Source: Nitrosopumilaceae archaeon (GTDB lineage: Archaea > Thermoproteota > Nitrososphaeria > Nitrososphaerales > Nitrosopumilaceae). Taken from it: DNA of 64,000 bases. Each line of letters starts with the position of its first letter. The stretch's first letter is position 1. Of the stretch, positions 30,430 to 39,590 are shown piece by piece. The stretch is taken from NCBI GenBank assembly GCA_965214835.1, contig CBDCCK010000002.1:544001-608000 (forward strand), read 5' to 3'. The notes beneath the pieces were generated by a model. That model ran no database searches and was not told the origin of the DNA. It saw only the letters and a program-made list of their open reading frames with translations. The position numbers and the translations under genes were made by a program.

Positions 30430-31179
30430 GTGAAGGTAGAGGAGTTCCTAAGATCGCTGCCACAAAACATCATCACCGGCGAGGATGTGCAGCTGTCACA
30501 AAGATCATTTAAAGAGGTTTTTGATTTCGTAAAACTGGGGGCCGACGACGTATTCTATCATCTGGGCTGTGGAGACGGGACCGGCCTGGAGATTGCCCAA
30601 AAGGAGTTTCACGCAAAAAAGGTGGTGGGTATAGACATCAGCAAGGAGAAGGCCGCCGCTGCCAAAGGCAGGGGGATAGAGAATTGCGAGGTTTTCTGCG
30701 ACGACATCAGAAACCGGCAAATCAACGATGCAACAGTTGTCCTGTTCTGGTTTTCAGGGCAGGAGATTGCAGAGCAGATGGAGGAAAAATTTCGGAGGAT
30801 GCCAGGAAGATGCAGGATCATAACAGTCTTGGATCCCCTGCTTGACTTCAGGCCAGACGAGGTCCTGTTCCCGTATCTGGTGCACAAGACGCCGTTGACA
30901 AAGGCAAAGGATCTTCAGGAGCAGCTGCTGTCAATCTTTGGTGTAGGGTGCATCGATTTTGTGACCTCGTGGGAGTATGCAGAGCGGTATACAAAATCCA
31001 TCGGGGGCAGGGACGTCCGGAACGACAGATTCCTGACCATCCTGCAGTCGGTGATCATCTGGATCAATGCAAGAAACCTGAAGGTGGCATGCGATGAGGA
31101 GATGCCAGAGTCAGTCAAGACGTACATTTCAATACTCAGAGAGTTTTTCAACATAGAGGTAGAGCATCTGCTAAAATAG
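30430..31179 (+). CDS. SAM-dependent methyltransferase-like protein
   Basis: YHLGCGDG, GID. Confidence 0.75.
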   Translation: MKVEEFLRSLPQNIITGEDVQLSQRSFKEVFDFVKLGADDVFYHLGCGDGTGLEIAQKEFHAKKVVGIDISKEKAAAAKGRGIENCEVFCDDIRNRQINDATVVLFWFSGQEIAEQMEEKFRRMPGRCRIITVLDPLLDFRPDEVLFPYLVHKTPLTKAKDLQEQLLSIFGVGCIDFVTSWEYAERYTKSIGGRDVRNDRFLTILQSVIIWINARNLKVACDEEMPESVKTYISILREFFNIEVEHLLK

Positions 31180-31219
31180 CCCGTGCAATCCTTTTATTTT
31201 GCAAGCGACAACACAGATC

Positions 31220-31567
31220 ATGGGTCCCAGGATCAACATCAACGTCTCGGCAGTAGACTATGACAAGACTAGCAGTGCCATAAGCAAGACCCTGACGCTG
31301 CTAGAGGAGAGAATTCACGGGGAGGACGAATTCGTCATGACGGACTCTGAGTTTGCATTTGGGTGGCACTTTTTTGTCGTAAGTGTAGACAGGGAGATGG
31401 TAGAAAAGCTATCAGAGCAGATGGGACCGGATTTTGATCGGCTAAAGGGCAAGGGCCCGGAGAAAAAATTCCTCACATGGCTGGCAGGCCAGGTGGAGGC
31501 CGGGGTCCCAAGATTCAAGCTTGCGATAAAAGAGGAGATGGAGTCAAGCAAATACGGGGTTTTTTAG
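31220..31567 (+). CDS. Hypothetical protein
   Basis: Co-oriented ORF with core-like composition. Confidence 0.7.
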   Translation: MGPRININVSAVDYDKTSSAISKTLTLLEERIHGEDEFVMTDSEFAFGWHFFVVSVDREMVEKLSEQMGPDFDRLKGKGPEKKFLTWLAGQVEAGVPRFKLAIKEEMESSKYGVF

Positions 31568-31666
31568 GGCTTCAGGCCGGTTTGGCCTCAAATTGTGCGT
31601 GGATGGGCGGCCGGCCTCACAGATAAGCATTAAAATGCCCAATTCCCCTAAACCAGTAGAAGGCAA

Positions 31667-33832
31667 TTGAGGAAAAAGGAGTTAATGGTTTTTGCAGCAC
31701 TGATGCTGTCAATAATGTCAGTCACCATTCCAGGCATTTCGCATGCAGACATGGCAGACAACGACAATGACGGGATTTCAAACGATATGGACAGGTGTCC
31801 GCATCTCAGGGAGGACTATGATCCGCAGTATGGAAACACGGATGACGGATGCCCCGGGGACTTTGTGCCCTGGTATGATGCCGACTATGACGGAATTCAG
31901 GACCACCTAGACTCCTGTCCATCCGTCAGGGAAAACTATAACCTGTTTGAGGACGGCGACGGATGCCCCGACGTTGTGCCCTACGAGTCAGAGCAGTTGC
32001 CCGACTCTGACGGCGACGGCTTTGTCGATGATTTGGATCTGTGTCCCGGCCAGCCTGAGACCTTCAACGGCGTAGACGACAGGGACGGATGCCCCGACAG
32101 CGAGTCCTCACGCGACTCTGATCAAGACGGCCTGTCTGATTCTAACGACGCCTGCCCGCTAGAGCCTGAGAACCATAACAAGTTCCAGGATGCCGACGGA
32201 TGTCCCGATACGGTTGACGGTTCACACGCACAGTACCGGTTCCCGGATGCCGACGGCGACGGGATCGAGGACAGGCGGGACAACTGCATTGCAGAGCCTG
32301 AGAACTATAACGGCTATCTGGATTTGGACGGGTGTCCCGAGGATCCGGGACACGTGTCAGAGGGATTTGTTGATTCAGACTATGATACCATTCCAGACAG
32401 CATTGACGAGTGTATAAACGAGCGTGAAAACTTTAACAAATACCAGGATCAGGACGGATGTCCAGACAGTCCAGATGTCGCATCTGCAGAAGACACCGAC
32501 CTGGACGGGATACCGGGCAATCTGGATCTCTGTCCGTACCTGCCAGAAAACTACAACAAGTTCCAGGATGCCGACGGATGCCCCGATACGGTGCCGGGCA
32601 GCAGAGACACTGCAGACTCGGACGGGGACGGGATAGCAGACGCCATTGATGGCTGTCCGGATCAGCCCGAGACATACAACTCGTTTGAGGATCTGGACGG
32701 ATGTCCCGACAGTCCAATCTCGGCGGGCGATTCGGACAGGGACGGGATAGCAGACGCCATTGATGGCTGTCCGGATCAGCCCGAGACCTATAACCTGTAC
32801 CTGGACGCCGACGGATGCCCTGACTCGTTAGACTATTCGCTCCCACAGTACCAGTTCCCGGACACCGACGGCGACGGGATCGAGGACAGGCGGGACAACT
32901 GCATTACAAGGGCCGAGAATCTTGACGGGGTGCTAGACGAGGACGGCTGTCCGGAGACTGCAGGATTTGTGTCTGCAGGCCTGATTGACTCGGATTACGA
33001 TACCATTCCAGACATCGCAGACAGGTGTCCCACAGTAAGCGAGAACTTTAACAAATTCCAAGACGAGGACGGCTGTCCGGACCTGCTGTTATTAGAGTCC
33101 AGGGGAGATGGCGATTCTGACGGGGTTCCAGACAATGTGGATCAGTGTCGTTACGCCATGGAGACATACAACAAGTTCCAGGATGCCGACGGATGTCCCG
33201 ATACGGTACCGGGCAGCAGAGACACTGCAGACTCGGACGGGGACGGGATAGCAGACGCCATTGATGGCTGTCCGGATCAGCCCGAGACATACAACTCGTT
33301 TGAGGATCTGGACGGATGTCCCGACAGTCCAATCTCGGCGGGCGATTCGGACAGGGACGGGATAGCAGACGCCATTGATGGCTGTCCGGATCAGCCCGAG
33401 ACCTATAACCTGTACCTAGACGCCGACGGATGCCCGGACTCGGTAACTGCGTCGTATGACCGATACTGGTTCCCCGATGCAGACAGAGACGGGATCGACG
33501 ACAGAAAGGACGGCTGTCCGAACATTCCAGAAAACCTCAACGGGTATCTTGACTGGGACGGCTGTCCGGATGTTGTTCCGTCAGAGGATCCAGGGCCGAC
33601 GCGGTTTGACTCGGATCAGGACGGGATATTCGACGCGGTAGACTCGTGTCCAAACAGCCCAGAAACATGGAACAAGTACAGGGATGCCGACGGGTGCCCG
33701 GACATATTCCCGGAGCATTCAAGATACCTACACGACAATGATCTAGACGGAATAGTCAACGAGGAAGACGCCTGTCCCATGACCGCAGAGGATCACGACT
33801 GGGTGGAGGATCTTGACGGGTGCCCGGAATAG
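31667..33832 (+). CDS. Secreted thrombospondin type-3-like repeat protein A
   Basis: Signal peptide, then tandem DxDxDGxxDxxDxCP...E..N...D.DGCPD units. Confidence 0.88.
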   Translation: MRKKELMVFAALMLSIMSVTIPGISHADMADNDNDGISNDMDRCPHLREDYDPQYGNTDDGCPGDFVPWYDADYDGIQDHLDSCPSVRENYNLFEDGDGCPDVVPYESEQLPDSDGDGFVDDLDLCPGQPETFNGVDDRDGCPDSESSRDSDQDGLSDSNDACPLEPENHNKFQDADGCPDTVDGSHAQYRFPDADGDGIEDRRDNCIAEPENYNGYLDLDGCPEDPGHVSEGFVDSDYDTIPDSIDECINERENFNKYQDQDGCPDSPDVASAEDTDLDGIPGNLDLCPYLPENYNKFQDADGCPDTVPGSRDTADSDGDGIADAIDGCPDQPETYNSFEDLDGCPDSPISAGDSDRDGIADAIDGCPDQPETYNLYLDADGCPDSLDYSLPQYQFPDTDGDGIEDRRDNCITRAENLDGVLDEDGCPETAGFVSAGLIDSDYDTIPDIADRCPTVSENFNKFQDEDGCPDLLLLESRGDGDSDGVPDNVDQCRYAMETYNKFQDADGCPDTVPGSRDTADSDGDGIADAIDGCPDQPETYNSFEDLDGCPDSPISAGDSDRDGIADAIDGCPDQPETYNLYLDADGCPDSVTASYDRYWFPDADRDGIDDRKDGCPNIPENLNGYLDWDGCPDVVPSEDPGPTRFDSDQDGIFDAVDSCPNSPETWNKYRDADGCPDIFPEHSRYLHDNDLDGIVNEEDACPMTAEDHDWVEDLDGCPE

Positions 33833-33854
33833 GCGCTACTTTCAAATGATGGCA

Positions 33855-33927
33855 GGCCCTCGAGGGGAATCGAACCCCTGTCCGGGGATCCACAGTCCCC
33901 TATACTAGCCACTGTACTACAAGGGCC
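33855..33927 (-). tRNA. tRNA-His(GTG), G-1 encoded
   Basis: GGCCCTTG...CGAGGGCC; anticodon arm GGGGA-CTGTGGA-TCCCC. Confidence 0.95.
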
Positions 33928-34022
33928 ACCGAAATCTTTGACTGCTTTTCCTGTAATAATCTTTGATTTTACTATGAAAACCCGGCTGTAGATTTATTAT
34001 TGAGCAGCCCACAACCGAGGGC

Positions 34023-34103
34023 ATGAGGTTTTGGTGGCTGGGCATGTTCATATCAGGCGTCCTGGTCTGGTATGGGATAAACTACCTGCTCCCATGGAAA
34101 TAG
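34023..34103 (+). CDS. 26-aa single-TM small protein (MRFWWLGMFISGVLVWYGINYLLPWK)
   Basis: Clean ATG..TAG; hydrophobic; TATA-like TTTATTA about 25-30 bp upstream. Confidence 0.55.
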   Translation: MRFWWLGMFISGVLVWYGINYLLPWK

Positions 34104-34202
34104 GCATGAAGGATTGGCCGTCTTTACGCGTCCAGGCACGACTGCACAACAGGTCAGTCCCAGCGATCGCTTTAAATTTGTAGCACAAGGCTACCAGACA
34201 AC

Positions 34203-35219
34203 TTGAAACGCAGCTTTATTGCCAACAGATTACGTTCCGGAAGAAAGCCCCAGGAGGACTCTGTCGACAGAAAGACAGAGGAGATAAGCGGAAGAAGGTT
34301 CACCTGGCTTGACCTTCAAAACCCGGACAGGAAGGACGTAGAAGAGCTGGCATCCAAGTATCAATTCAACGAGCTGAACATAGAGGACTGTATGACAAAA
34401 TTCGAGCTTCCAAAACTAGACAGCTATGAGGATCATTTTTTCGTTATCCTGCACTTCCCCCCCCTTACTGCGAAAAACAAGATGCAAAAGCACAGCCAGC
34501 TGTCAATGTTTGTAGGAAGGGACTTTCTGGTGACCATTCACCAGGGGGATCTAAGGCCGTTAGTGGATCTGGTAGACACCTGCAAAAACAACACAGATCC
34601 GCAAAGAAGGGAGCGGCTGCTGGGAAGGTCGTCGGGAGTCCTGCTCCACGAGATAATCGACGTGCTAGTCGACGACCTGCTGCACACCGCAAGGAGGATA
34701 ATTGCAAACCTGGACGACATAGAGGACGGGGTTTTTGACGAGACAAAGTCGGCTGCCAGAAGCATATCCATACTGAGAAGGGAGATCAACATCGTGAGGA
34801 GGATAGTCAACCCGTTGAAGAGGTTCGTGCTAGAGATCGGGGAGCGAATAAAGGGGTTTGCAGAGTCAGAGGATTTGGAGCTGTACTTTGATGACGTAAT
34901 AGATCACATCAACAAGGTAATCGAGTCCCTAGAGGAGTCCAGGGAGACGATGGAGATCTACAAGGATACGGACTTTATGCTAAGCACCGAGAAGACAAAC
35001 AAGGTGCTGGCGGCGCTGACAATCATCTTTACCCTGGCGATTCCGGCAACGGTGATCGGTACATTTTACGGGATGAACGTCAACCTGCCAGGCGGAATGG
35101 GTGACGGGGCGGGGATTTTAGGCCAGTACCAGTCTTTTGTTGTGATAATACTTGCCTCGGCGGTTCCGGCAGTGCTGATGGCGGCGTACTTTAGAAGGCT
35201 TGGCTGGATTGGAAGGTAG
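34203..35219 (+). CDS. corA: Magnesium transporter CorA
   Basis: YGMN signature between two C-terminal TMs. Confidence 0.93.
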   Translation: MKRSFIANRLRSGRKPQEDSVDRKTEEISGRRFTWLDLQNPDRKDVEELASKYQFNELNIEDCMTKFELPKLDSYEDHFFVILHFPPLTAKNKMQKHSQLSMFVGRDFLVTIHQGDLRPLVDLVDTCKNNTDPQRRERLLGRSSGVLLHEIIDVLVDDLLHTARRIIANLDDIEDGVFDETKSAARSISILRREINIVRRIVNPLKRFVLEIGERIKGFAESEDLELYFDDVIDHINKVIESLEESRETMEIYKDTDFMLSTEKTNKVLAALTIIFTLAIPATVIGTFYGMNVNLPGGMGDGAGILGQYQSFVVIILASAVPAVLMAAYFRRLGWIGR

Positions 35220-35220
35220 A

Positions 35221-36009
35221 TCAAACCTCCTGAAGATTTACAGTGATTTTGGTCAAGGCCAGATCCAAGTCATCAGGTACCCAGACCAGCAGGCCCCCGT
35301 CCCTTGATACGCCCTCACACCTCCCGCTAAGACTCGTGTATGCCTCGGCGCGGCACCCCTGGGCAAGATCGTGCCCTATTGGCGAGGGACTGCTGGCAAA
35401 CCTTTCATACGGCCCGCTGTCCTGCACGAAGAATACGGACAGTGCCAGATCCGGATCGTTGGATTTTACGCTGTATCTATACGAGGTGGTCTCCTGCGAG
35501 CTGCAGATCGGAATAAACTGCACATATCCGGTGGAATGGTCATGCGGCCCGGGGGCGGGGACGTTTGGATACATTATGGCATAAGGATGCCCAGATACGT
35601 CAGCTCCATTGAATGCCTCGAACTGGTTTCTCAGTGCGTCAATTCCGTACCTGTACAAGATAGGCTGCCAGTTGCTTTTGCAGTCATCAAAGCGGTGCCT
35701 TAGCTCGACAAACGAGCGCTCCCCGATGTACCTCAGCTGGTTGGGGTTGTGCCCGCCTAGCCCAGGGGCGGGGGATAGCTCGTCATAGTATACCGCATCA
35801 GACGGGTACGTGTTGTTCCAAACGTTGGTTACATCAAACAGCAGGTTTCCGGGATGGCTGTCCCACTCGGGCTGAAGGCGGACGTAGATCGAGAACTTGC
35901 TGATGTCCCCAGGATGGCTTGCCTCGAAGATAAAATGCCCGTAAAAGGCATTAGACAGGACCAGGACAAACGCAGCGGCCGGGATTATTACGTAGAATCT
36001 GATTTTCAT
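35221..36009 (-). CDS. Hypothetical membrane-anchored protein
   Basis: N-terminal hydrophobic segment; overlaps the dus stop. Confidence 0.65.
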   Translation of the reverse strand: MKIRFYVIIPAAAFVLVLSNAFYGHFIFEASHPGDISKFSIYVRLQPEWDSHPGNLLFDVTNVWNNTYPSDAVYYDELSPAPGLGGHNPNQLRYIGERSFVELRHRFDDCKSNWQPILYRYGIDALRNQFEAFNGADVSGHPYAIMYPNVPAPGPHDHSTGYVQFIPICSSQETTSYRYSVKSNDPDLALSVFFVQDSGPYERFASSPSPIGHDLAQGCRAEAYTSLSGRCEGVSRDGGLLVWVPDDLDLALTKITVNLQEV

Positions 36010-36971
36010 GGGTTCAGAGCGGGCATTTTCATCAGGTCTTCTAATTCCTCAACGGTCTTGGTTCCGGTGATCCTTGCGCGAAGCTTTGAGGCTCCAGCGT
36101 AGCCCCTTATGAAGTTCATTGCGTGGGTCTTTACGTTTGCAAACTTGATTCTGTACTGTCTGGCATGCCTGAGATACTCAAAGAACAGCTCAATCCTGTC
36201 GCCTGCCGTGTATCTGTGATACCTGCCGGTGGACAGATAGTCGTTGATCTGCTCAAATATCAGCGGATTGCCCACGGCCCCGCGTCCAATCATGACATAG
36301 TCACACCCGGTCTCGTCCAGCATGGACTTTGCCTTTTCCGGCGAATCAATGTCGCCGTTTCCGACAATGGGCACGCCGGATGCCTCCTTTAGCTCGCGGA
36401 TCAGCGACCAGTCTGCATTTCCCGAATAGGCCTGGCTTACCGTCCTGGGATGCAGTGTGATTAGCTGGATCCCCTCCTCCTCTGCAATCTTTGCAATGTC
36501 AAGAAACAGCCTCCTGCTAGCCGGGGTGACGCCTGCCCGCATCTTCAGGGTAACGGGCTTGCTGACAGAGTCAACCAGGGTCCTAAGGATGCGGCGGGTA
36601 AGATTTGACTCTTGCAGTAATGCGCCTCCTGCCATCTGCTGCGTAATGTGCGGTGCGGGACAGCCCATGTTGTAATCAATCATGTCAAAGAACGGCTCTA
36701 CGATTCTTGCGGCGCTTGATAGCGCGTCCAGATCAGAGCCAAAAAGCTGGACGGATAACGGGCGCTCCCTTTCTGAGAACTGGAGAAAGTCGGTAATATC
36801 CAAGTCCCTGGACGACAGTTCCCTTTCTTTTGCAACGATGCTGTGGATGCTGGTAAACTCAGTAACCACCAGTCCGGCGCCATGCTTTTTGCACAGCAGC
36901 CTCAGTGCAGGATCGCTGACTCCGGCCATGGGTGCCAAAAATGCTTTGGAAGAAAAATCCGGTACGGTCAT
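36006..36971 (-). CDS. dus: tRNA-dihydrouridine synthase
   Basis: LAPMAG, QLFG, NMGCP, GNGDI, MIGRG. Confidence 0.93.
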   Translation of the reverse strand: MTVPDFSSKAFLAPMAGVSDPALRLLCKKHGAGLVVTEFTSIHSIVAKERELSSRDLDITDFLQFSERERPLSVQLFGSDLDALSSAARIVEPFFDMIDYNMGCPAPHITQQMAGGALLQESNLTRRILRTLVDSVSKPVTLKMRAGVTPASRRLFLDIAKIAEEEGIQLITLHPRTVSQAYSGNADWSLIRELKEASGVPIVGNGDIDSPEKAKSMLDETGCDYVMIGRGAVGNPLIFEQINDYLSTGRYHRYTAGDRIELFFEYLRHARQYRIKFANVKTHAMNFIRGYAGASKLRARITGTKTVEELEDLMKMPALNP

Positions 36972-37018
36972 CTAGTCATCAGGGCGGGGTTGGAACTCAA
37001 GGAGGTTTCAGAAAATAC

Positions 37019-39202
37019 CTACTCTGGGCAGCCGTCATGGTCATCTATGCCGTCATAGTCTTCCGGGGTCGCAGGACAGTCGTCTCCTTCGTTGATTATC
37101 CCGTCTAGATCATCGTCGTGTACGTATCTTGACTGCTCTGGGAATATGTCCGGGCAACCGTCGGCATCCAGGTACTTGTTCCATGTTTCAGGGTTGTTTG
37201 GACACGAGTCTGCCTCGTCGGCTATGCCGTCCCGGTCCGAGTCATAAAGGATAGTCTCACCGCCGGCAGGGACAGAGGGAATCACGTCCGGGCATCCGTC
37301 CCAGTCAAGATAGCCGTTGAGGTTTTCTGGAACATCCGGGCAGTTGTCCTTTCTGTCGTCGACTCCGTCGCCGTCTGCATCCGGTAGCTGGTGCTGTACA
37401 GCAGATGGACTGTCAACCGTGTCGGGGCAGCCGTCGCCGTCCTGGAACCGGTTATAGTTCTCGGGCTCTAGCGGGCAGGCGTCGTCCACATCGGATACTC
37501 CGTCACGATCAGAGTCTGCAGATGAGACGTCGCCGTCCGGGCATCCGTCGGCGTCAGCCAGCCCGTTGACCGTTTCAGGCTGTGTTGGGCACAGGTCAAG
37601 ATTGTCCAGGATCCCGTCGCCGTCGACATCATAAAGTGTGCCGGTACCGCCCACAAAGTCCGGGCATCCGTCGGCATCCAAGTATTGGTTGTAAATTTCC
37701 GAGGACATTGGGCACTGATCGACGTTGTCTAAAATCCCGTCACTGTCAGAGTCCCCATTGAAAAACGGGTATATTGTGTCTGGGCACCCATCCTCGTCCT
37801 GGAATTTGTTATATCTTTCGCCCACAGTCGGGCACTGATCATCAACGTCAGCTATGCCGTCATAGTCTGTATCTATGACCTTACCGCCATCAAACCCCGT
37901 AACGTCGGGACATCCGTCCCAGTCAAGATAGCCGTTGAGGTTTTCTGGAACATCCGGGCAGTTGTCCTTTCTGTCGTCGACTCCGTCGCCGTCGGCGTCT
38001 TGGAACTGGTGCTGTACAGCAGATGGACTGTCAACCGTGTCGGGGCAGCCGTCGCCGTCCTGGAACCGGTTATAGTTCTCGGGCTCTAGCGGGCAGGCGT
38101 CGTCCACATCGGATACTCCGTCATGATCAGAGTCTGCAGGTGAGGCGTCGCCGTCCGGGCATCCGTCGGCGTCAGCCAGCCCGTTGACCGTTTCAGGCTG
38201 TGTTGGACACAGGTCAAGACCGTCTAAGATTCCGTCGCCGTCGGTGTCATAAAGCGTGTCGGTGTCTCCCACAAAGTCCGGGCATCCGTCCCAGTCAAGA
38301 TATTTGTTAAATACTTCAGCGGAATATGGGCACTGATCAGCATCATTCAAGATCCCGTCACCGTCAAGATCATCATTTGTAAATAACAGCACCAAGGTAT
38401 CCGGGCAGCCGTCCTCGTCTTGATATTTGTTATAGTTTTCACGCTCGTGCACGCATTCATCATCACTGTCTGGAATTCCATCATAGTCGGAGTCTGGTAC
38501 CTCGCCGCCATCAAACCCCGCAACGTCGGGACATCCGTCCCAGTCAAGATACCCGTTGAGGTTTTCTGGAACATCCGGGCAGTTGTCCTTTCTGTCGTCA
38601 ACTCCGTCGCCGTCTGCATCCGGGAACTGGTGCTGTACGATGAATTGGCTGTCAACCGTGTCGGGGCAGCCGTCGCCGTCCTGGAACCGGTTATAGTTCT
38701 CGGGCTCTAGCGGGCAGGCGTCGTTAGAATCCGACAGGCCATCCTGATCAGAGTCTCCAGGTGAGGCGTCGCCGTCCGGGCATCCGTCCCTGTCGTCTAT
38801 GCCGTTGAAGGTTTCGGACAGGCCGGGACACAGATCCAAATTATCAATAAAGCCGTCGCCGTCAGAGTCATGCATCCGTGCGCCTTCGTAGGGCACAAAG
38901 TCCGGGCACCCGTCATCATCCTCAAACTGGTTATAGTTTTCCCTGACGGTAGGACAGGCATCTACGTGATCCTGAACCCCGTCATAGTCGACATCATACC
39001 ATGGCACAAAGTCCCCCGGGCAGCCGTCATCCGTGTCTCCATACTGCGGATCATAATCCTCTAGGAGGTGCGGGCACTGATCAAATTCGTTTAAGATACC
39101 GTCGCCGTCATTGTCATTTACTGTAGCATGAACGGATCCGGGCATCATGCTCAGTGTAGAAAATAACAAGAATAGAAACCCGAAAATATGAAGTTTGTTC
39201 AT
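37019..39202 (-). CDS. Secreted thrombospondin type-3-like repeat protein B
   Basis: Signal peptide; DGCPD repeats; three higher-order blocks about 620 bp apart. Confidence 0.88.
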   Translation of the reverse strand: MNKLHIFGFLFLLFSTLSMMPGSVHATVNDNDGDGILNEFDQCPHLLEDYDPQYGDTDDGCPGDFVPWYDVDYDGVQDHVDACPTVRENYNQFEDDDGCPDFVPYEGARMHDSDGDGFIDNLDLCPGLSETFNGIDDRDGCPDGDASPGDSDQDGLSDSNDACPLEPENYNRFQDGDGCPDTVDSQFIVQHQFPDADGDGVDDRKDNCPDVPENLNGYLDWDGCPDVAGFDGGEVPDSDYDGIPDSDDECVHERENYNKYQDEDGCPDTLVLLFTNDDLDGDGILNDADQCPYSAEVFNKYLDWDGCPDFVGDTDTLYDTDGDGILDGLDLCPTQPETVNGLADADGCPDGDASPADSDHDGVSDVDDACPLEPENYNRFQDGDGCPDTVDSPSAVQHQFQDADGDGVDDRKDNCPDVPENLNGYLDWDGCPDVTGFDGGKVIDTDYDGIADVDDQCPTVGERYNKFQDEDGCPDTIYPFFNGDSDSDGILDNVDQCPMSSEIYNQYLDADGCPDFVGGTGTLYDVDGDGILDNLDLCPTQPETVNGLADADGCPDGDVSSADSDRDGVSDVDDACPLEPENYNRFQDGDGCPDTVDSPSAVQHQLPDADGDGVDDRKDNCPDVPENLNGYLDWDGCPDVIPSVPAGGETILYDSDRDGIADEADSCPNNPETWNKYLDADGCPDIFPEQSRYVHDDDLDGIINEGDDCPATPEDYDGIDDHDGCPE

Positions 39203-39293
39203 TAGCCCTGAGACGTGATATCATCAGGACGTTATTAAACCTCACGCTGGATTTGGCTGCTGCGCAGCCCCGATCTTAGGCACGAAAAATTAG

Positions 39294-39401
39294 GTAGCAG
39301 CTCGGGCTCTGGAAGTTTAGGCGTGGATTTTATCATCCTGGAAACCCCGATCGAGCACAATCCGTGCCTAAAATCAGGAATGACCGAGTGCGAGCTGTTA
39401 C
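39294..39401. mobile_element. MITE family A, copy 1
   Basis: Ends GTAGCAGCTCG / CGAGCTGTTAC; flanks AAAATTAG / AAAACTAG (7/8, TSD-like); homologous to 51220 and 57395. Confidence 0.75.
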
Positions 39402-39590
39402 AAAACTAGCCGTTTTTGCGCGCTCAGGCACGGTTGTGCGGTGGGCTAGTTGGGCTCAGCCAAGTGAGATGTGCTGAAAAATCGGGTAAAACAGAGACTG
39501 GCAGAAAGCACAAAGCCTCATCATGCCCAGCAGCAAGGCAAAAACAGCAACTTCATTTACATTGCACTTGGCCGGGACTAGTGATGCTGG

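Noticed and set aside
39455-39576. Additional MITE with 14/18 inverted ends
   Set aside because: Single copy in the window, weak inverted repeat, no TSD.
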